In this document: positions 28,874 to 37,159 of the stretch, in pieces
Position numbering within the stretch: position 1 is the first letter of the stretch
Layout: every line of letters begins with the position of its first letter
UHGV virus genome: UHGV-0198870
Strand: one strand, 5' to 3'
Origin: a virus
DNA length: 37,263 bases
Position numbers and translations under genes: made by a program
The notes under the pieces: model-generated
What the model was told of the DNA's origin: nothing
Databases searched by the model: none
Seen by the model: the letters and a program-made list of their open reading frames with translations, nothing else

Positions 28874-29160
28874 TGCTGATAAACGTGAAGTTTAATGAAC
28901 AGAAGAGAAAACTGAATATTGGTTTCGATGAAAATAAAAGTGGTCTTGCTATGAAGTTTCAGCATTACCAAAGAATTGTAGATCGTGGGGATGCCGAAAT
29001 CTATAAAGGAGAGTATGATATTACACCGAAAACAATGGAGCAGAAACTCAAAACAGCCCAAAAATTTTTAGCGAAAGATGTCACAGTGAAAGAAATACCA
29101 TTCTTTGAAGTCATGAATTCAGAGGGTGGAGATACAGTATATATCGGAAGTGAGGTATAA
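28873..29160 (+). CDS. Tail-associated hypothetical protein
   Basis: Y.GEY.ITP...V.V.EIP...N..GG.TVYIG; C-terminus resembles that of next gene. Confidence 0.7.
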   Translation: MLINVKFNEQKRKLNIGFDENKSGLAMKFQHYQRIVDRGDAEIYKGEYDITPKTMEQKLKTAQKFLAKDVTVKEIPFFEVMNSEGGDTVYIGSEV

Positions 29161-29163
29161 ATA

Positions 29164-29739
29164 ATGGCAGTAAGCAAAGTAGTATATGGCGGAAAAACAT
29201 TAATTGATTTAACAGGCGATACAGTAACGGGAGACAAACTTCTCAAAGGTGCTACAGCACATGGAAAAGATGGAGAAGTTGTCACAGGAGTGTGCACGTT
29301 CGATGTGGACTCAAATGACGCAACCGTAGCAGTTGCAGAGGTCTTAAAAGGTAAGACTGCTTATGCAAGAGGGCAGAAGCTAGTTGGAACGATGCCGAAT
29401 AATGGAGCAGTAAAAGGCGTAATCTCGAACAAAGATGACAGCTATGTTATTGCTCAAGGATATCATGACGGTAGCGGTAAAGTCGAAATCCCCGTAGGAG
29501 AAAAAGAAAAGCTCATTCCGTCAAATATCCGTGAAGGTATCAACATTCTCGGTGTCGATGGGCAGATGTCCGGTAGTGAAGGAATGAAACCACAATCCAA
29601 GACAATAACTCCGAGTAGCGCACAGCAGACGATTCTTCCGGACGAAGGTTATAATTGTCTCTCACAGGTGGTTGTTGAGAAGATTCCTTATGTCGAATCA
29701 GAAAACAGTGCTGGTGGAATTACAGTAACAATTGGTTAA
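29164..29739 (+). CDS. Tail fibre-like repeat protein
   Basis: LIDLTGDTVT, VLKGKTAY, GYHDGSG repeats. Confidence 0.75.
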   Translation: MAVSKVVYGGKTLIDLTGDTVTGDKLLKGATAHGKDGEVVTGVCTFDVDSNDATVAVAEVLKGKTAYARGQKLVGTMPNNGAVKGVISNKDDSYVIAQGYHDGSGKVEIPVGEKEKLIPSNIREGINILGVDGQMSGSEGMKPQSKTITPSSAQQTILPDEGYNCLSQVVVEKIPYVESENSAGGITVTIG

Positions 29740-29753
29740 AGAGGTGTGAAAAT

Positions 29754-30665
29754 ATGGATGTAAATAAAGTCGAATATAAAGGACGGGTTTTATTGGATTT
29801 AACAGAAGACACAGTGACAGAAGACCGGCTTTTAGAGGGTGCTGTGGCTCACGATAAAACAGGGAGACAAATAGTTGGTGCGCTGATTAATCTTGCAGAA
29901 GACACTGTGGCACCAGAAAATCTGTTAGCTGGAGCTGTAGCTCATGATAGTAGTGGACAGAGAATTGTTGGAACGATGACACAGTCAAGCGGAATCGACA
30001 CATCAGATGCTACGGCATTATCAGAGGACATTGTGTCGGGAAAGACAGCTTATGTTGATGGCGAAAAAGTCGTTGGAAGTATGGAAGCGATTAATGCAAG
30101 TAAGCTTACAGTTGGTACAGGAAGAATTAATTTGTTCAAAGATAGAGAAGACCTTGGTATGATTTTTAACAGTGTTTCTCTTAGCAACGAATCAGCGTAC
30201 ATAAAAAATGGAGATTCGTTTCGGCTCTATGGCAATGGTACATTAGGTGAATACTTCGGTGACGCAATGCCAGAAGATGTGCGAAAAGGTAAGAAATTCA
30301 CATCCAAGGATGGTGTTGCTACTGGCACAATGGAAGTATCTGGTGGAGGTTCTGGTGGTGTACAGGTAAAAACCGGAACAACATCATCCCCTACTATCGA
30401 AACTGGTTTGTCTAGGATTGATAAGCTGATAATCTATGCTAATAAAATTGCGTCTAAAGGTGTAGTCGATATGATTTACAGTAGCGATTCGTCACAAGCA
30501 ATAACAACGTTTTGTGGTGAATACAGTGTGTATGCACAGTATTGCAAGGTTACTGAACGCACTGGTTTTAGCGTATCTGGAGGAACATTTAATTGGACAG
30601 AAACAATAGATGAATACAAATTCATGAATAACATGACATACAATTGGATCGCGATTGGAAGCTAA
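29754..30665 (+). CDS. Tail fibre-like protein with duplicated N-terminal repeat
   Basis: Two L.EDTV...LL.GAVAHD..G..IVG repeats, IVSGKTAY; paralogous to upstream gene. Confidence 0.75.
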   Translation: MDVNKVEYKGRVLLDLTEDTVTEDRLLEGAVAHDKTGRQIVGALINLAEDTVAPENLLAGAVAHDSSGQRIVGTMTQSSGIDTSDATALSEDIVSGKTAYVDGEKVVGSMEAINASKLTVGTGRINLFKDREDLGMIFNSVSLSNESAYIKNGDSFRLYGNGTLGEYFGDAMPEDVRKGKKFTSKDGVATGTMEVSGGGSGGVQVKTGTTSSPTIETGLSRIDKLIIYANKIASKGVVDMIYSSDSSQAITTFCGEYSVYAQYCKVTERTGFSVSGGTFNWTETIDEYKFMNNMTYNWIAIGS

Positions 30666-30692
30666 AACGAAATCAGAACTATAAGTAATTGA

Positions 30693-31079
30693 CGGAGAAC
30701 ATTAGGAAGTAAGGAAGAAGAAACAAGCGAATGGCTCTATGAAGCTTACCTAACCGATATTGGATCTTGGTTCGGCGAGCGGTGCCCGGCTATTGTGTTT
30801 GACGTAAAACAAGGAGAACAGTACTTAATTGAATGGAGCAATGTAAGAACGGTGAATAAATACATCTATGATATGCGTAGATGCGGTGGAATGTACAAAG
30901 TGTATACTGGCAAAAACGGAGATGTAGAGATAGCCGATACATCGGGAACTATCGAGATTACCATTCCATCAGACGGGACACTATATGTTGGTGTTAAAAG
31001 CAGCACTAATGTAGCGCATGGAGGTTATAACATTGCTTGCTTTGATGGAGATTATATAAAAATAAAGAAAGCGAGGTGA
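30693..31079 (+). pseudogene. 5'-truncated tail-associated gene
   Basis: Frame open from 30693 (RRTLGSKEEETSEWLY...) with no start or SD; internal GTG at 30795 lacks SD. Confidence 0.5.
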
Positions 31080-31086
31080 TTAAAAG

Positions 31087-31437
31087 ATGTATGCAAAATT
31101 ACAAAGCGGATTCTTGCGCAGTGCACCGAAGACGATAACACTGGATGGTAAGACAATCAACAATCCATTGCCGGAAGAACTGGAACAGTTAGGATATAAA
31201 CAGGTGATGTACGTAGATATGCCTACAGAGGTGACGAAGGGAAAACACTGGGAATCCGGATGGACGGAAGAAGAGAATGCGATTAGGCAGGTATGGACGC
31301 TTGCGGACGACCCAGATTATCCCACGCCAGAGCTAACGCCAGAAGAAAGAATCAGTAACCTAGAAACAACAACAGATGAACTAAAGTCCACATCGGATGA
31401 TATCGTATTAATGATGGCAGATATTATAGGAGGATAA
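31087..31437 (+). CDS. Tail fibre assembly-like protein
   Basis: GAGGTGA SD; NPLPEEL..LGYK, ends DDIVLMMADIIGG. Confidence 0.75.
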   Translation: MYAKLQSGFLRSAPKTITLDGKTINNPLPEELEQLGYKQVMYVDMPTEVTKGKHWESGWTEEENAIRQVWTLADDPDYPTPELTPEERISNLETTTDELKSTSDDIVLMMADIIGG

Positions 31438-31439
31438 TT

Positions 31440-31592
31440 ATGAAAACTTTAAACAATTTAAGAATGAAAATAATGGTAAGAGCATTTAGAATCCGTATTG
31501 AGAACGGAGAAGCTTTTGAGGACATTGCAGCAGATTATCCGGCACTGACTGTCGATGACCTCGAAGCAATCAAGGCAGCATTAGAAAAATAA
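31440..31592 (+). CDS. Small phage protein (50 aa, not in ORF track)
   Basis: MKTLNNLRMKIMVRAFRIRIENGEAFEDIAADYPALT...; AGGAGG SD. Confidence 0.75.
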   Translation: MKTLNNLRMKIMVRAFRIRIENGEAFEDIAADYPALTVDDLEAIKAALEK

Positions 31593-31616
31593 GAATGATA
31601 ATATGGAGATTAGAGC

Positions 31617-31640
31617 AAGACCCCTAGAGGTCTTATTTTT
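31617..31640 (+). terminator. Terminator-like hairpin before lysis module
   Basis: AAGACC-CCTAGA-GGTCTT-ATTTTT. Confidence 0.65.
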
Positions 31641-31668
31641 ATACCCCATGAATTAAGAGAGAACACAC

Positions 31669-31968
31669 ATGATTAAGTTTTTATCAGAAAATTGGGCGCT
31701 CCTGTCGTTTGTAGTATCAGCCATTGCATACATATATTATCAAGTGATTGCTATGCGAAAAGGAATACGTGCACTGCTCAGAGCGGATTTAATAAGGCTC
31801 TACAACAAGTATCATGATGATCACGGATATTGTCCGTTGTACGTCAAGCAGTCATTAGAAGATGAGTATAAGCAGTACCACACGCTGAAAGGAAATGGTG
31901 TAGGTACGCAAATGTATCATGCGCTTATGGAATTACCGACAGAACCACAACATGAAAGAGAGGAATAA
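31669..31968 (+). CDS. Holin-like membrane protein
   Basis: N-terminal TM segment, G.RALLR, YH.L.GNG motif; lysis module position. Confidence 0.75.
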   Translation: MIKFLSENWALLSFVVSAIAYIYYQVIAMRKGIRALLRADLIRLYNKYHDDHGYCPLYVKQSLEDEYKQYHTLKGNGVGTQMYHALMELPTEPQHEREE

Positions 31969-31970
31969 TT

Positions 31971-32204
31971 ATGTTTAAAAATTGTGTATTTAAGGTATCG
32001 GTAGATACCAAAAAATGGATGAAGAAAGCAGGTATCAGAGCAATCAAAACTGTAGCGCAGACTGCAGTAGCAACGATCGGAACAGCCACAGCACTCGGTC
32101 AGGTAGACGCAAAGCTGGTAGTATCAGCATCAGTACTGGCCGGAATCCTGTCATTATTAACCAGCATTGCCGGATTACCGGAATGTAACGCAGAGGGCGA
32201 ATAA
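31971..32204 (+). CDS. r1t-type holin
   Basis: AGIRAIKTVAQTA...LAGILSLLTSIAGLPE. Confidence 0.9.
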   Translation: MFKNCVFKVSVDTKKWMKKAGIRAIKTVAQTAVATIGTATALGQVDAKLVVSASVLAGILSLLTSIAGLPECNAEGE

Positions 32205-32229
32205 TCGTCCTCTAACATATTATATAGCG

Positions 32230-32245
32230 TGTGCGACGTCGCACA
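32230..32245. promoter_or_regulatory. Perfect 16-bp palindrome TGTGCGACGTCGCACA (copy 2)
   Basis: Directly abuts endolysin SD GAAAGGAG (32246-32253). Confidence 0.7.
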
Positions 32246-32258
32246 GAAAGGAGCAATT

Positions 32259-33611
32259 ATGGCACATTTATTTTTAATAGCCGGACACGGAGCCGGTGAC
32301 AGTGGAGCAGTAGGATACGGCTATACAGAAGCAGAGAGAGTCCGGGCACTTGCAAGACGAATCGTAGCGCTTGGAGGAAGTAATGTTACTCTGGGAGATG
32401 TAAACCGGAACTGGTACGCCGACAAAGGTATCAGCTCGCTGAATATTCCAAAAAGCTATCAGATTCTGGAACTTCACATGGACAGTGGAGTATCAACGGC
32501 AAAAGGCGGTCACGTAATCATTAAAGAAGGATACAATCCTGATCAGTACGATACAGCACTCGCCAACTTCATCGGTTCATTCTTCCCTGGAAGAGCAAAT
32601 AAGGTTGTAGGCAGAGCACACCTTGCAAATGTCAATCGTGCAGCTGCAAAAGGTTACAGCTATAGACTTCTGGAAAATGGATTCATTACAAACCAGGGAG
32701 ATCTCAACAAATTCAATTCCAAAATCGATGACTTGGCAAGAGGAATCCTTAAAGCATTCGGAATCTCGTCTGCAGCACCGGTAGCATCAGCCAAGAAGAC
32801 AGAACCTGTCGATGGAGAGATCAAGTCCGGTGGAGTATTCCAGAACAAGACGGATAAGTTTGGTACAATCTCATATCAGGCTCACATGAGAAGTGCTGGC
32901 TGGGGAGCTTGGCAGACTGACGGATTAATGGTCGGCTCAACAAACCAGAATCGCCGGATCGAAGCATTGCACATCCAGCCGGTCGGAGAAACAGATGTTG
33001 TTGTCCATATGAAAGGGATCGGAAACAAAGAATACAAGAACATCATCAAAGACACGCTGATCGGAACTACTGGACAGAACCGAAGACTGGAAGCAATCAA
33101 GATCACCGGAAAGAAATCGTTCTATCTGTATAGGGTCCACCAGAAGAGCATTGGATGGAGCGAATGGGCCAACAACGGAGAGTGGGCTGGTACGACCGGA
33201 AAAGGACTGCAGATGGAAGCACTGGAGATTAAGAAATCCATGTTCTCCGTCGAACCGCACGTACAGAGTAAGGGATGGTTATCACCAAAAGCCGCAGAGA
33301 ATGTGATTGGTATCACAGGCCATGCATTACGCCTGGAAGCGATCCGAATCAATCCATATGGAAAGACTATTAAGGCAAAGGCTCACATCCAGAGCAAAGG
33401 CTGGGTGGATTACGGCACGATCACCAAAGACACGATTATCGGAACTGTTGGCGAAAAGAAACGTATCGAATGCTTATGTTTTGACGGCGACTTTGAATAC
33501 CGTGTTCATATCCAGAGTTCCGGATGGACAGACTGGACAAGAGCCGATGGAGTAGCAACTCTTGGAACCGTAGGCCAGGAACTTAGGATTGAGGCTATTC
33601 AGTTTAGATAA
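32259..33611 (+). CDS. Endolysin: Amidase_3 plus clostridial hydrophobic W (ChW) repeats
   Basis: AGHG, E, LELHMD, LLENGFI zinc-amidase motifs; repeated H.Q..GW...G..G...R.EAI units. Confidence 0.92.
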   Translation: MAHLFLIAGHGAGDSGAVGYGYTEAERVRALARRIVALGGSNVTLGDVNRNWYADKGISSLNIPKSYQILELHMDSGVSTAKGGHVIIKEGYNPDQYDTALANFIGSFFPGRANKVVGRAHLANVNRAAAKGYSYRLLENGFITNQGDLNKFNSKIDDLARGILKAFGISSAAPVASAKKTEPVDGEIKSGGVFQNKTDKFGTISYQAHMRSAGWGAWQTDGLMVGSTNQNRRIEALHIQPVGETDVVVHMKGIGNKEYKNIIKDTLIGTTGQNRRLEAIKITGKKSFYLYRVHQKSIGWSEWANNGEWAGTTGKGLQMEALEIKKSMFSVEPHVQSKGWLSPKAAENVIGITGHALRLEAIRINPYGKTIKAKAHIQSKGWVDYGTITKDTIIGTVGEKKRIECLCFDGDFEYRVHIQSSGWTDWTRADGVATLGTVGQELRIEAIQFR

Positions 33612-33659
33612 TTTTTGCTAAAATGTAGCATATAAATAGGTAAAAATCCACTTTATAGG

Positions 33660-33680
33660 TTATAGCAAAAAGGTCATCCA
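33660..33680. other. Putative hybrid attachment site (phage/sleC junction)
   Basis: SleC-like sequence stops at CPNWMT (33672) and frame ends FLL* in AT-rich phage-end DNA. Confidence 0.7.
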
Positions 33681-34556
33681 ATTCGGACATTGTACCTGCC
33701 GTCCGTCACAATACTGCGTCAGTATCGGCTGCTTGACATTCGGTCTGGAAAGATAATCGGCAAACAATTCATCCACTATCACAGAGATCGTATCATAGAT
33801 ATTCCGTTCCGGAATCCATTTGTGATCAAATGCGGTTGAAGAAGTGATCGTAAAATCATATCCGCGGTTCCGGTAAAATTCTGTATATACCCGGTTCAGA
33901 GTAAAAGACATGATTGCCAGTACGTTTGCCCGGATGGTATCCTCCGGCCAGGTCGCATAGATTTCACTGGAAGCTACATTTTTGATATAATCCTTATACT
34001 TCACATAATAGTTTTTGGCAGTGGAGTCGCGTGGACTTCCATCATGAACTACGATGTATTCCGGGACCACGACGCGGCTTAAGACAATCTCTCCGGATTC
34101 GAAGGTCGGCTGGATCTCGTCTTCGGGAATCTTAGGCGGATAGGTGGCATATAATGTATGAGCCGGAATGACGAATACGGTTTCCTCGTCTTCGGGATTG
34201 TCGATTGGTTTCATGCTGACATTCTGAATGGCAGTGACATCGGCGAGAATTTCAGCACCGGCAATACTGACCGACTCGAAGCCTTCGGCGGTGATCTGCA
34301 TGGTATATTCGGAATATGGCTGGACTTCATTTTCTGGATTCAGGCTGTATTCTAACGGTGGTGCCGCAAGATCAATCGTATCGGTTTGCCCGGAACTGTC
34401 GGTAGTAAGTTGTTCTAACTGAGCTTCTGGAACACCCGTGTAGAAGATGGAAATCTGAGCCCCCTGAATCGGATAGGCAGAGATGTCAGATACGAGATTA
34501 ATCTGCAGACGGCCTTTGTCGGGAGTATCCTGAGTGGTTGGAGTCGTTCCGTTCAT
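33660..34556 (-). pseudogene. sleC: Spore cortex-lytic enzyme SleC, 5' part only (lacks C-terminal peptidoglycan-binding domain)
   Basis: VVVPEYIVVHDG, YIKNVASSEIYATWP, FTLNRVYTE, TSSTAFD, YCDG motifs; stop arrives before expected QWGS motif. Confidence 0.85.
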
Positions 34557-34590
34557 AAAATAGGACCTCTTTTAAGACTCTGTTACTGAC

Positions 34591-34618
34591 AGAGTATGCA
34601 AAAATAAGAAAAATGTGA
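34591..34618 (-). promoter_or_regulatory. Candidate mother-cell (sigmaE/sigmaK-type) promoter of sleC
   Basis: TCACATT-N13-CATACTCT upstream of AGAGGT SD. Confidence 0.5.
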
Positions 34619-34657
34619 AGATACAGGGAATAAAAGAGACAGATTGTTACACAAAGT

Positions 34658-35962
34658 ATGGAACATCTTAAAAATAACAGAAACAGGAGCGTAGAACAGA
34701 GCATGAAAAGAAGGTGTTTACGGATATATAGAAAAAGAAGAAAAAAGAAATTAATCATCCTGATTCTGACATGCATTCTCCTTCTTGGAACCGCAGCAGC
34801 AGAAAGGGGCGGATATCTGGAACTTGAACAATTTGGTTCAAATAAAAAACAAGATATTCCTTATCAGAAAGTATCCATAACGGAAGAAGAGAACACGGAG
34901 AAATATTATTATCAGCAGTTGCCGACTGAACAAAGGCAGGTCTATCAGGAAATTCTGGAAGGTGTCAGAAACCACACGGAGGAAATTTATGTACATAACG
35001 CGGATGTAGATGAGACAAATCAGATTTTTCAGAAGCTGATGAAGGATCAGCCGGACATCTTCTGGTGTGACGGGACAGCAACGGCTACGACTCATAAAGG
35101 AACAGAAAGTTATACCGTCCTGAAACCGAAATATTTTTACACAGCAGAAGAAAGCCAGAAGATGCAGACCGCGATTATGCAGGCGGCAGAGAAGTGGCTG
35201 GCAGATCTGGATGCCGATGCAGATGACTATCACAAAATTCTCTATGTATATGAAAAAATCGTAGATGAAGTAGAGTATGATGAGAGCGCGCCAGATAATC
35301 AGAACATCTACAGCGTATTTGTCAATCAGAAATCTGTATGTGCTGGATATTCGAAAGCAACGCAGTATTTGTTGGAACGGCTTGGCGTGTTCTGTACTTA
35401 TGTGACGGGAAAGACGACGGAAGGCGGAAGCCATGCGTGGAATCTGGTGAAATGTAACGGCGATTATTATTATGTCGACACAACCTGGGGAGATCCGGTG
35501 TTCCAACAGGAAGAAGGAGAAGATACATCCCGGGATGCAGAGCAAAATTCAGGTCAAGATGCAGAGGCTTCTGGTAATAAGGCAAATATCAGCTATGATT
35601 ATCTGTGTTGTGATGATACGCAGTTATTTCAGACACATATTCTGGATAAGGATACACAGATGCCAGAGTGCAGCAAGATGGATTGCAATTATTACGTGGT
35701 AAACGGAATGTATTACACAAAGTATGATGCCAAGAAGGTACTGGAAGCCATGAACCAGGCTATCTGGGCGAAGAAAAGTGTTACAATTTTTAAATTCGCA
35801 GATACATCCGTCTACAGTCAGGCGCACGATGACATTTTCCAGAAAGAACTTGCAAAAGCAGCGCAGAATCTGGCGGATTACTATGGATTATCGCAAGTGA
35901 AGTACCAGTACATCGATGACCCGAGATTACACAAGATTGTAATATTTTGGCAGTATTCATAA
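34658..35962 (+). CDS. Host membrane-anchored transglutaminase-like domain protein
   Basis: Basic stretch plus TM segment; triad VCAGY, HAWN, YVDTTW; start uncertain. Confidence 0.88.
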   Translation: MEHLKNNRNRSVEQSMKRRCLRIYRKRRKKKLIILILTCILLLGTAAAERGGYLELEQFGSNKKQDIPYQKVSITEEENTEKYYYQQLPTEQRQVYQEILEGVRNHTEEIYVHNADVDETNQIFQKLMKDQPDIFWCDGTATATTHKGTESYTVLKPKYFYTAEESQKMQTAIMQAAEKWLADLDADADDYHKILYVYEKIVDEVEYDESAPDNQNIYSVFVNQKSVCAGYSKATQYLLERLGVFCTYVTGKTTEGGSHAWNLVKCNGDYYYVDTTWGDPVFQQEEGEDTSRDAEQNSGQDAEASGNKANISYDYLCCDDTQLFQTHILDKDTQMPECSKMDCNYYVVNGMYYTKYDAKKVLEAMNQAIWAKKSVTIFKFADTSVYSQAHDDIFQKELAKAAQNLADYYGLSQVKYQYIDDPRLHKIVIFWQYS

Positions 35963-35979
35963 AAAAACAAAAATATCCG

Positions 35980-36008
35980 TTGAAAATCCTCGGATTATGT
36001 AGTATAAT
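35980..36008 (+). promoter_or_regulatory. Host sigmaA promoter
   Basis: TTGAAA-N17-TATAAT. Confidence 0.75.
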
Positions 36009-36058
36009 TTTTACAATTTGTGAAGACATAAATTGTCTGGTACCGATGGATGAAAAAC

Positions 36059-36092
36059 GAGGCGGTTTTGTGCTTGCACAAACTGCCTTTTA
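36059..36092 (+). terminator. Terminator/attenuator hairpin
   Basis: GAGGCGGTTTTGTG-CTTG-CACAAACTGCCTTTT. Confidence 0.7.
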
Positions 36093-36205
36093 TTCTGTAT
36101 TTTTAAGAAAAATTCTTTATAACAACGAATTTTTTTGCCCAAATATAGAAAATGTACCTGAAGTACAGCAGTATGGATTCATGAAAAAAGAAAAAGAGTA
36201 GTTTC

Positions 36206-36876
36206 CTACTCAGTTTTCTTTCGTTCTTGTTGTTTGGCTTGATCAATACCTATTATATCAGCGTATAGTTCCTGCTGATTGTGACGCTCGATATACCATT
36301 GTTGGAGTAAAAGCTCAATTAGTTTTATAAGTTTTTGGGCTTCACCTGGTTCGATATCGACAATAAGGTTTATATCCCTTTCCATATGAGCTCCGATATT
36401 TCCAATACGGCGAAGACCATCCAAGACGGCCCATTGTTCTGTTGGAATTTTATCTTTGATAGCATTGATTTCTTCGAAAAGGTTAGCTTTAGAAACCTGA
36501 AAAAATCACGAATCATACCCTGTAGACATCGGCGTGATAAGGTCGCTGATGCTTTTGGACTAAGATTAACAATGGAGCATGCTTCTTCGTAATCGGAACG
36601 TATTGCTTGAGGAATATAATCAGGAAATTTGTAAGCTATAGATTTTGGGCGGATGGTAACGTCTACGTCATCTACAGCAGAGCCTTTCCCTTTGGCTGAA
36701 ATCGTGTATTCACCACAGTTGGGGCATCGAATAAAGCTCAATTCTAAATGGGATTCAGATTCGCCAATATAGCGTTGGGTGTCGCTAGAACTTTCGAAAG
36801 AAGGATTACGAACAGATAAAGTGTCATGTGTTAATGGAATTATCATTGAGCAAAATGGGCATTTAAAACCAGACAT
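36206..36876 (-). pseudogene. DUF4145 (HEPN-like) protein with N-terminal zinc ribbon, frameshifted
   Basis: CPFC/CPNC, DYEEA...SPKASATLSRRCLQ, LRRIGNIGAH; two ORFs join by adding one base to A6 at 36500-36505. Confidence 0.85.
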
Positions 36877-36909
36877 AATTAATCATCCCTTTCATCATTT
36901 GATAGGAAA

Positions 36910-36938
36910 ATTATACCAAAGAACCGCAACAAGTACAA
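36910..36938 (-). promoter_or_regulatory. Promoter of the DUF4145 moron
   Basis: TTGTAC-N17-TATAAT with extended TG. Confidence 0.7.
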
Positions 36939-36973
36939 ACCATTCCACATAACCTATAAAGAGGTGATGCAGT

Positions 36974-37126
36974 TTGAAACATATATTTATTTTAAGACTT
37001 ATACGAAAAGAAGATGGAAGTCTTATTTCTGAAAGAGATATGGATACTATGGCGGAAAAAGATAAGGATGAAGCCGTGAATGAGTTAAACGGGAATTCTG
37101 TTGGATATTTAGGATACCAGAAGTAG
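36974..37126 (+). CDS. Small phage early protein (50 aa, not in ORF track)
   Basis: TTG after GAGGTGA; MKHIFILRLIRKEDG...GYLGYQK. Confidence 0.65.
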   Translation: MKHIFILRLIRKEDGSLISERDMDTMAEKDKDEAVNELNGNSVGYLGYQK

Positions 37127-37159
37127 AAAACCGCTTAGGCGGTAGAAGGGAGGACAAGC

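Larger units (their letters stand above)
1..33671 (+). mobile_element. Temperate siphophage (early genes to endolysin), right end abutting truncated sleC
   Basis: Co-oriented replication, packaging, head, tail and lysis modules in canonical order; ends where the sleC reading frame is interrupted. Confidence 0.95.

Noticed and set aside
26488..31592. Diversity-generating retroelement or invertase shufflon in the tail-fibre region
   Set aside because: No reverse transcriptase, no adenine-variant TR/VR pair, no invertase and no inverted cassettes seen
31603..31656. Mini-ORF MEIRARPLEVLFLYPMN before the holins
   Set aside because: No SD and it runs through the terminator hairpin; better explained as RNA structure
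35947..36201. 84-aa ORF in the track
   Set aside because: Runs across a promoter and terminator with no SD; at most its last codons are a phage gene remnant
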